DNA of 19,377 nt, taken from assembly GCA_043228905.1 (NCBI GenBank), contig JBHGNT010000610.1, forward strand, positions 1 through 19,377, in the 5' to 3' direction. Position 1 is the stretch's first letter. Each line of letters opens with the position of its first letter. The notes beneath the pieces were generated by a model. It saw only the letters and a program-made list of their open reading frames with translations, did not search any database and was not told the origin of the DNA. Below, one piece after another: positions 10,111-18,463 of this stretch. The DNA comes from Azolla caroliniana. Taxonomy: Eukaryota; Plantae; Polypodiophyta. A program made the position numbers and the translations under genes.

Positions 10111-11673
10111 TTATTGCGTAGTGTCTTCAGTACTCCCCCTCAAGCTTGGCAGGTTAGGGATCGTCAATCCGAGATCGGTCATGAATTGCCATAGCTTGTC
10201 AGATCCTAAGACTTTAGTGAAGATGTCGGGCGTTTGAAGATTGGTGCTAATGTGTTGTAGGTCGAGATCGCCAACTAGAACACGCTCTCGGATGAAGTGA
10301 TAGTCCACTTCGATGTGCTTTGTCCACGTGTGGAACACCAGGTTCCGAGCCAAATCAATACTGCTCATGTTGTCGCAGTAAAGGGAAGTTGGATCCTTGA
10401 TGGGTACGCCCAGATCCTTCAAAATCCTCTTGAGCCATACAGCTTCACACGCAGCTACGGCTGCGCCCCTGTATTCCGCCTCCGTACTCGAAAGAGTGAC
10501 GGTAGGCTGCTTCTTGCTACTCTAGGATATTGCTCCGCTGCCGAAGGAGAAAACAAATCCGGAGGTTGATCTTCTATTAGCTTTGTAGCTAGCCCAATCG
10601 GCGTCTATGTACCCCTCGAGTCGTATTGGCACCGCGGGCTTGTAGAGGATGCCGCAATCCATTGTGCCGTTCACTTACCGTAGAACTCGCTTAGCGCAAT
10701 CCAAGTGAGTATAACGTGGTGTTTGCATGAATTGACTAAGGAGACCGACCGAATAACTCAGATCGGGTTGAGTGATCGTGAGGCAGATGAGACTCCCGAT
10801 GAGTTGCTGATACTGAGTCGGCTCACATGCTTTGGTGCCAGAGTTCGCATCGAGTTTGAGATTGCGATCGAGCGGGGTTGCCGCGGATTTGCACTCAGCC
10901 ATACCGAACAAGTTGAGGATGTAGTGCCGTTGAGAAATCATGATTCCAGCCGGAGTCCGAATTACCTCGATGTCGAGGAAGTAGTGGAGCTCCTTCATGT
11001 CCGTCATCTCGAATTTGTCGGAAAGGAGGGATTTGACTTATTGATTTCGATGAGATGCTCACCTCCAATGACTAGGTCATCCACATATAAGATGATAACG
11101 ATCGGACCTGCGGAATTGCTTCGTATGTAGAGGGAGTTGTCCGATTTTGACATACAGAAGCAGATTTGATAAAGATATTGTGTTATCTTCGAATGCCATG
11201 CACACGTCGCTTGCTTGAGACCGTAGAGTGGCTTCTTGAGTCAGCACACAGCTTTCGGATGAATGCGTGATTCGAAGTCCGGTGGTTGTATCATGTACAC
11301 TTCCTCTTCCAATTCGCCTTGTAGAAAGGCGTTCTTGACGTCCATTTGATGGAGGTGCCACCCTTTCGCCGCGGCAAGTGCAATTACGGTTCATACCGTC
11401 GTCATCTTTGCCATCGGGGCAAAGCTCTCTTCGTAGTCAACGTCGTGCGTTTGTGCGTAGCCTTTCGCTACTAGTCGCGCTTTGTAGCGGTTGACGGAAC
11501 CATCGGCGTTGTACTTCACTTTGTAAATCCATCTGCATCCGATCGCCTTTTTTTGTGGTGAGGTGGGAACGAGATCCCACGTCTCGTTCTTACGTAGTGC
11601 TTGCATCTCCTCGTTCATGGCTTCGATCCATCGCGGATCCTTGGCTGCTTCGGAAAATGTTTCCAGCTCGCGT
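10111..11673 (-). pseudogene. Copia B reverse transcriptase-RNase H, degenerate
   Basis: ORF pieces 11391-11673, 10675-11007 and 10111-10422 are consecutive RT/RH segments. Confidence 0.9.
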
Positions 11674-12380
11674 TGTCGTGTTGCTACGCGCGTGCGTGGC
11701 GAAGGGCGGGACCACGGGGCTCTTGGACTAAGGAGTAGAGAGAAGGAATCGGACACGGAATGGAAGCTTTCCTCAAGAAGAGGAAGAATGAACAAGAGAC
11801 TAGATCGAACAAGAGGAAGATGGAGACAAGATGTATTAAATCGAGATGAACGATTACAAACGGTGGCCGTGTAGGCCGCACCAAACGACTACTCGAAAAT
11901 TCTAGCCGACGAAGATGAAGATAAAGATGAAGAAACCCTAACCCTAACCCTAACGCTCGACCTATGTGGTATACCTCGCACACTCAAAATAGGCAACCCC
12001 CACAATGGTGCCTTCCCTCTCCTTTTATAGCACAAGGAGGGAAGACCGTTTACAAAAACGAGACTAAAATATCCCCTTTCATTCAAAGGGGATATTTGCC
12101 TTGATTTGGGGAGGGTGAGATTGATGGCCCCTTTACTCCCACCTCCTCACAAACAACTAGGTACCTATGTACCGCATAGTACCTCTCTCTCTCTCTCGCG
12201 TGGATGTGCGCATAAGACTACATCGCCTTTATACCTTAGGGATCTTATGGGGCATTTCTAGCACCATACCCTTTTCCCCTATTATTATTACAAATACATT
12301 ATGTACGTGTGCAACGTTGCACATCGCTCTTTGGCTCTCCTTGCTCGGGTTTCCGCTCGTGGACGAAAATCTTCACGACA
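11674..12380 (-). repeat. 3' LTR of gypsy C (707 bp)
   Basis: Perfect 7-bp terminal inverted repeat TGTCGTG...CACGACA; CTATAAAAGGAG TATA box (~12019-12030, minus); abuts PPT; left end breaks the V|RExET motif of B. Confidence 0.85.
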
Positions 12381-12399
12381 TCCGCCCCCACCTAACCGC
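12381..12399 (-). promoter_or_regulatory. Polypurine tract of gypsy C
   Basis: GCGGTTAGGTGGGGGCGGA|TGTC, identical to the PPT of E. Confidence 0.85.
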
Positions 12400-12769
12400 A
12401 CATCCACCGGTATGTGCCAAAACATAGGGGAGAGAACATGAGATTTTCGGCCACGATGACCGACCGAGTCCTTAGCGTCCTCGTGGGCCCGCCTGGTTTT
12501 GTCCTCCACTTCGAGCAAGACCACCCCGTCCACACGAACCGCCGCCGCCTTCCGGTCCACCATCCTCACCAAATGGTCTCGAACCGTCGCCGCCATCCGA
12601 TCCGCCACACTCGACGATGTTCGCCGAGTCGTTGCCTCCACCCGATCCGCCACGTCCACTGTGGGTCCTTGAACCCCCGACTACATCTGACCTGCCGTAT
12701 CTGATGCCCGTGCTTTCCTCCCAGTTCGGTCCTCCCGAATGCCGTCGCCGACCTGGTTGCTCTTCCTTT

Positions 12770-14410
12770 GTGTGCCTCGTATATCCTCCGAACGCGCTCC
12801 CGGTCGCATGCCGGATTTCGCCCTTTGCGTGCCGCACACCTCGGCGTGCCGACTCTCTCTGCTCCACGCTTGCCTTCCGTAGGCTTTCCCCGTTGTTCGC
12901 CGTGCTCTCTCGCGGTAGACCGTGCCATCACCCCATCCTGCTTCGTGGCTCTCGTTACCGCTTCATCCCGTCTCTCGTCCTCTTGGCCCGCTTGGCCTCG
13001 CATGTCTTCCGGGACGCCGCGCTTCCGTAGCCCGTTGCTCCCCGCGCACCTCCTCCGGTTCTCAAGACATAGCCTTCCATGCTCGCCGATCATCCTCGTG
13101 CTTGTCGTTCGGCCCTTACGCGGCCACATTGCATGTCTCGCACTCCGCTCCGCTCTGCGTACCCTTTCGAAAAGGTACGTTGCTTCCCCAACATCCGTGT
13201 CGGTGCTCTCGTCTTCGGTCTCCTCCGCAACCTCCGATGTTGCCACTTCGCCCCGAGGTACACCCTCTTGGTCCGCCTCGCATGTCCTCCGGATGCGCTC
13301 CGGATCTCTCCGGTCGCACTCCGGTTTCCGCCCTTTGCGTGCCGCTCCTTTCGTTATATTGTCTCCGCATGTCGAACACCTCGGTGTGTCGACTCTTCCC
13401 GCTCCGCACTTGCCTTCTGTAGGCTCTTCCCATGTGTCGATGTTGTCCCTCGAATATGTGCTCATGGTTTGGCCCTTAGGCGGCCCCATTCCGCATTCCT
13501 TGCCTCTCCTTTGCCCGTCGTGCTCTCTCCCCGTAGAGCGTACTGTCATCCTGACCACCGTGTCGGTGTCCCTCGAGGCTCTTGTTATCGCCTCGCCTCG
13601 ACTTGCGCCCTCTTGGCCCGCTTGGCCTTGCATGCCCTCCGGGAAGCATGCTGCGCTTCCTGTTCCTGGCGCGTAGCCCGTTGCTCTCCGCGCACCTTCT
13701 TCGGTTCTCAAGACATGACTCTCCGCTCATGCCGATCGCGCTCGGCCCATGTCGTCGGTCTTGGTGTTTCGCCGCGCCGTCCTTCGTCCCGCGCTAGCCT
13801 CTCGAAGGCTTCACCCGACCGTCATCGTCGGTCAATCTTTGTCGCCCATCCGCCGTATGCATGCTTGTGTCTTGGCCCTCCACTGGCCGTATTGCATGCG
13901 TCTCATGTCGCACTTCCGCTGTAGACCCGACCTCCGCGTCGGTCTCCAACTCCTCGCCACCACCCACCGTTTCTTCGTTCTCCTTTCTATCCGCGACCGC
14001 CGATGCCTCACGGGTAGGTGTGGAGGGTACCTCCCACTCTCAATCCACCACCGAGTCCTCGCCTCTCAAAGGCTCAATCGGTCCACCGTTTCCGGTCACT
14101 CGTTGATGCAAGCTCATTCTTGGGCCCTTCACCGGCCGTAATGCATGCTTCGTGTTACGCCCTTCATCTGCCGTAGACCTGACCTCCGCGTCGGCCACTT
14201 CTTCCTTTGTCACCGTAGCCCGTTCCGACCCGGGTTCGCCATCTTGGACCCGCTCGTCCATCATCTCATACCGGATACCCGGTCCAATAACTTTGTCCGC
14301 TTCGGCCGCCGACTCCTCGCCGCCACCCGCCGTCTCTCTAGTCTCACATTGATCCGCAACCGCCAAAGTCTCTAGAATGGGTGTGGAAGGTCCCTCTCGC
14401 TCTAGGTCTT
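12770..14410. repeat. Degenerate tandem duplications inside C
   Basis: ~12770-13090 vs ~13280-13740 (shared CGGTTCTCAAGACAT, CCTCTTGGCCCGCTTGGCCT, CGCCCTTTGCGTGCCGC); ~13860-14040 vs ~14110-14405 (shared GTAGACCyGACCTCCGCGTCGG, CTCCTCGCCrCCACCCrCCGT). Confidence 0.85.
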
Positions 14411-14576
14411 CTAGCAAGCCGCGATCACCGTGCCCACTAGGCCTCCTCAATACACTCACCGGTTCTCGTCGCGTGTTGTGACCCGTCCTCCCCGATCTCC
14501 AATCATGCCGACTTAGCCTTCGCCCGGATCGGTCTCGGACGATCGAGTTCCGGTTTGGTCGGCTCCCTTCCGTAAT

Positions 14577-14963
14577 TGTAGAAAGTAGCGTGCGGAAGCA
14601 AGTATGAAGACAGAACAGAGGAAGGAAACTCAGGTTCAATGGAGAGCTTAGGCTTACATGGTATACGTGGCAGAGACAGAGAGAGAAACACAAAAAACTA
14701 TATTCAACAATAATACTCAATCTCTGTACATAAGACGTGCTCAGTGAACACTTTTATACAAGCCCTAGAAGGACTGACCGAAGTACTGACAGTACTTCAA
14801 TGCTCATCAAGAGCCCCTACTCTAACTCCCAAATATATTCCTCACGGAATATCTTTCCTAAAGACCTCCCGGTTTATGTACTCGGCCTAACCGATCGGTC
14901 CCAACCGATCCGGTCCTCGGCTTCTTCAGCCGATCCGGGCGATGTTGAGCTTGTCTCTCAACA
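14577..14963 (-). repeat. 3' LTR of copia D (387 bp)
   Basis: Minus strand starts TGTTGAGAGACAAGCTCAACA, TGTATAAAAG TATA (14751-14760), ends GCTTCCGC...TTTCTACA like LTR A. Confidence 0.9.
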
Positions 14964-14978
14964 CTCCCCCTCAAGCTC
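14964..14978 (-). promoter_or_regulatory. Polypurine tract of copia D
   Basis: GAGCTTGAGGGGGAG|TGTTG. Confidence 0.88.
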
Positions 14979-15175
14979 AACTTGAGGCTCTTCGGGATTT
15001 TCACCTGAGGCCCTCAAGCTCAACTTGAGGCCCTCAAGCACCGGTTCCTCCTGGCTTCTCGCCTCGCTCGCGCTCCTCGACCTGTTTGACTCCGCGCGCT
15101 TCGACCCTTCCGGTCAGCTTGTCTGCTCATGTGGCCCTCATCAGCTCTTCTGTTGTTGCGGTGTTGACGCTTCTT

Positions 15176-16384
15176 CTACTGCCTTTTCTTCCGCTTGGAC
15201 CTCGGTTGATTCAGCATGTCTGAATCAAACATCCGAACCGACTCGGCTACCTCCGATCGGTTTTCGCTCTCGTTCGAGTTGGCTGTCTCCAACTCGTCTT
15301 CGGTCTTCTCGCCCTCGATGCCATCATCTTCCCCATGCGTGGTTGGCTTCAGCTCTCTCCTTCGGTTGCTTCCCTTCTGTCCTCTTCCGAACTTTTCCGC
15401 GGGTCCGCCCTCGGCTTCTTCAACTGATCCGAAGTCGCCCTCGGCTTCTTCAGCCGATCCGTCTCCAACCGAGTCAACAACCGAGTCAACCGACTCGGTG
15501 TCATGGTCACCGCTCCTTTCCTGCTGCCTTGCTTGGTCGTTCGGGACTGTTCTCCCCATCAAGTTCGGCACGTCGAGGTGACGCAACCTGAGCGCACCTG
15601 AGAATTGCCGCAACTTGTCCAGACCAAGAGGCTTTGTGAAGATGTCGGCAGTCTGCCGATCCGTCGGAACGTACTGAAGTTGGACTTCACCGGAAAGGAC
15701 ACGCTCACGGACGAAATGGTAATGCACCTCAATGTGCTTGGTCCGTGCGTGAAAGACGGGGTTCTTCGCGAGTTGGATGCTGCTGAGGTTGTCGCAGTAG
15801 ATCGTCGTTGGATCGGACACCTCCTCTTGCAGGTCCTTAAGTAGCCGCTTCAACCATATGGCTTCGCATGTCGCGACAGCCGCTCCTCGGTACTCAGCTT
15901 CGGTGCTCGACAGTGCAACTGTCGGCTGCTTCTTACTGCTCCACGCGATCGCGGCACTCCCGAGGGAGAACGCGTATCCAAACGTGGATCGGCGATCGGC
16001 GGCATTGCCAGCCCAATCAGCATCGGTGTAGCCGATTAACTGTGCGGCTGCACCGGTTCGATATAGCAGTCCTCGGTCCTTAGTGCCGTTGACATACCGA
16101 AGTATGCGTTGCGCACACTGAAGGTGCTCCTCGGTAGGTCGTGCCATGAACTGACTGATCACCCTGACCGGATAACTGAGGTCGGGTCGGGTGATGGTCA
16201 AGTATATAAGGCTTCCGACAATTTGTCGGAACCTCGTCGGGTCGCATACCTTTCCCGTATCGGGACAAATCTTGACGGTTCTGTCCAGAGGAGTCGAGAT
16301 GGACTTACAGTTGGCCATCCTGAGTTTGAAGAGCATACTCAACACGTAATGACGTTGGCTGATCAATATGCCTTCGGGCGACCG
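15176..16384 (-). CDS. Copia D pol fragment (RT thumb + RNase H + ~125 aa acidic/basic extension), 5'-truncated
   Basis: 409-aa ORF of the track; the first ~7 codons come from the adjacent gypsy sequence. Confidence 0.85.
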   Translation of the reverse strand, partial: RSPEGILISQRHYVLSMLFKLRMANCKSISTPLDRTVKICPDTGKVCDPTRFRQIVGSLIYLTITRPDLSYPVRVISQFMARPTEEHLQCAQRILRYVNGTKDRGLLYRTGAAAQLIGYTDADWAGNAADRRSTFGYAFSLGSAAIAWSSKKQPTVALSSTEAEYRGAAVATCEAIWLKRLLKDLQEEVSDPTTIYCDNLSSIQLAKNPVFHARTKHIEVHYHFVRERVLSGEVQLQYVPTDRQTADIFTKPLGLDKLRQFSGALRLRHLDVPNLMGRTVPNDQARQQERSGDHDTESVDSVVDSVGDGSAEEAEGDFGSVEEAEGGPAEKFGRGQKGSNRRRELKPTTHGEDDGIEGEKTEDELETANSNESENRSEVAESVRMFDSDMLNQPRSKRKKRQ

Positions 16385-16385
16385 A

Positions 16386-17778
16386 CGGGGCGAGCACTCC
16401 GGCACTTAACGGCTTCGACGAGAGCAAGTATGACGGCGAGTGGCTACAGATCGGTGGATTTTTGAGGACAATAACGCCGGATGCGTCATGGACGAAGGAC
16501 GAGGCCAACCGGATCCGGAAGAAAGCATACCGATTCTTTCTCCGGGACGGATACTTATGGAAGCACCCGAAGAAGAGGAACGACGTCCCCCTTCGGGTGG
16601 TGGCGATCAAGGAAGAACAGGAGGAGCTGTTGACGGCCTACCATGACAACCCTTGGGCTGGACACCGTGGAACGTGGGCCACGTTCGAGAAGATAAAGGG
16701 GAGGTACTGGTGGCCGGGACTGTACCGGGACGTGCATCGGTTCGTGACAACTTGCGAGAGCTGTCAGATGCACTCCATAGTCCGACATCGGGACGAGCTT
16801 CACCCTACGTATCCTCCGACCATCCACTTCAAATGGATGGTAGATCTGGTGACGATGCCGATGGGAGTAGGACAGATGCGGTATCTGGTCCTGGCTCGGG
16901 AAGATCTGACGAACCAGGTGGAAGGCCGAGCCCTTCAGAACAAAATGACCGCGGCCGTATGTCGGTTCCTGATCGAGGACGTGATATGCCGGTACGGGTG
17001 CGTCGGGAAGATCGTGGCTGATCGCGGGGAGTTGGATGCCGAAGAGGCCGAGGAGTTGTTCGACCGGCTAGGAGTCAAGCTTTCGCTTACCACTGCGTAC
17101 AATCCGGAGGCGAATGGAAAGGTGGAGCGCGGACACGGACCGATCGTCAAGGCGTTAGTTCGGGCATGCAGAGGTCAAGTCGGGAACTGGCTGTGGCTGC
17201 TGCCTTACGCGTTGTGGGCGGACCGAACTACGCACAGTTCGGTAACCGGATTCATGCCGACAGAACTCATGTTTGGGCAGAAGCCGGTCATGCCGATGGA
17301 ACGTACGATCTCCTCGTGGGCAACCGAGGGCTGGAGAGACGAGATGAGCCGGGAGGAACTGCTGGCGGTCCGTATACGACAGCTCGAGCGAAGACCGGAG
17401 GACGTGGAGCAGGCTGCGGAAAAGCTTCGGGAAGCAAGGATGAGGAACAAAGCCCGGTTCGACCGAACGCACCGGCTCCGACCGAAGAAGATCGAGGAAG
17501 GCGACTGGGTGCTAGTCTATGACAACAGCCTTGACAACTAGCACCGAGCGACACGGAAGTTCGCAAGAAGGTGGTTCGGGCCTTACGTGGTACAAAGCGC
17601 CAACGACAACGGGACGTACCATCTGGCGGAACTCGACGGTACGAGAATGGCGATACCGGTAGCTGGGAAGCGGATCAAAGCGTTCAAGAAGCGTCACGAC
17701 GACGAGCCGGATCCGGTTGACTTGGACCGCGACGACGAGCGATCCGAAACCGAGGAAGAACTGACGGGCGGAGAATGA
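16386..17778 (+). pseudogene. Gypsy integrase with one in-frame TAG (17539-17541)
   Basis: ORFs 16462-17541 and 17587-17778 share a frame, which also extends upstream to the junction (ASTPALNGFDESKYDGEWLQIGGFLRT). Confidence 0.9.
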
Positions 17779-17832
17779 AGGCTGGACTGGTTTTCTCCAT
17801 CCCAACACAATTTGGCGCATGCCGGTGGATGC

Positions 17833-17851
17833 GCGGTTAGGTGGGGGCGGA
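17833..17851 (+). promoter_or_regulatory. Polypurine tract of gypsy E
   Basis: GCGGTTAGGTGGGGGCGGA|TGTCATG. Confidence 0.87.
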
Positions 17852-18463
17852 TGTCATGAAGAAAACCGTCCACAAGCGGAATCGGTGCACAGGAGCGTGG
17901 GAACCGATTCTTCTCGAATGTTGTCCATAGAAGATCCTAGGCAGGTAGATTTAGAGGGTAGGAAGAAAGGGGGGGAAACGGCTCCTTCCTTGCCTATAAA
18001 AGGAGGGAGACGAGAAAGGGGGACGGATCGCGGAGAGTCGAGGACGAAGTGCTGTCGGTTCGTGGGCGAAGGCTTCTCTCTCTCTCTCTCTGGTTCGCAA
18101 ACTCCATAGCTTCCTTCTGTGCAGGTTTCGGGAGGCTCGCGCTGCTCTGAGGAATGCCCGAGTGCTTCCGGCAGCACCTCCAACCTGCTCCTGTCTTTCT
18201 GTGCGTTTATGAACAGGCATCGGCATCTGTTCGCCGGCCTGTTTGGTTGTAACCAACTTCGTGTTTTTGTTGTCTTGTTAATATATACATACATTCGTGT
18301 CTCTCTGTGTCGCTGTCCCACTCGCGTCTTTGTGTCGAAGGGCCGCGTCCCTGTGAATCTACGCTCGCACGTAGTGGGTCTCTTGTCCCTTCTCTCTTGC
18401 TCTTCGGTACAGGACCCCTGAGGTCCCGCCTCATTCCACGTATCCGCGAGGAAAACCTCGACA
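17852..18463 (+). repeat. 3' LTR of gypsy E (612 bp)
   Basis: TGTC...GACA termini, CTATAAAAGGAG at ~17994, (CT)n; copia RT sequence resumes at 18464. Confidence 0.87.

Larger units (their letters stand above)
9521..11673 (-). mobile_element. Ty1/copia element B: RT, RNase H, PPT, 3' LTR; inserted in the integrase of A
   Basis: RELETFSEAAKDPRWIEAMNEEM...RYKARLVAKGYAQ, YVDD at 11076-11087, CDNMSSI...KHIEVDYHFIRE...DIFTK; frameshifted. Confidence 0.93.
11674..14576 (-). mobile_element. Ty3/gypsy-family derivative C (3' LTR, PPT, GC-rich repetitive interior without recognisable pol); inserted in B
   Basis: The ~70 bp block around PPT/LTR start (12350-12421) is near-identical to gypsy E 17811-17880; no INT/RT motifs seen in 12422-14576. 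Confidence 0.8.
14577..16385 (-). mobile_element. Ty1/copia element D: RT C-terminus, RNase H, extended tail, PPT, 3' LTR; inserted in C
   Basis: Open frame SPEGILISQRHY...TRPDLSY...GYTDADWAG...SSTEAEY...CDNLSSI...HARTKHIEVHYHFVRE...ADIFTKPL. Confidence 0.93.
16386..18463 (+). mobile_element. Ty3/gypsy element E, 5'-truncated: integrase, PPT, 3' LTR (no chromodomain seen)
   Basis: HHCC (HDNPWAGH...CESC), WMVD...VADRGE...NGKVER catalytic triad, GPY/F module RWFGPYVV...NGTYHLAELDG, PPT and TG...CA LTR. Confidence 0.93.

Noticed and set aside
11391-11795. 134-aa ORF with novel N-terminus on RT
   Set aside because: The N-terminal part is LTR C sequence; the junction is at 11673/11674
12414-14375. 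Long plus-strand ORFs (302, 281, 166 aa etc.) as antisense genes
   Set aside because: S/P/L/R-rich shadows expected from high-GC, strand-biased sequence; no domains recognised
14656-14666. TACATGGTATA in LTR D resembling an LTR end plus PBS
   Set aside because: Diverges from TGGTATCAGAGC after 6 bases, lies on the opposite strand inside an LTR, and no gag follows
17539-17541. In-frame TAG in gypsy integrase as programmed readthrough
   Set aside because: It lies inside the conserved C-terminal module; a single CAG>TAG deamination explains it, as for many stops in neighbouring elements
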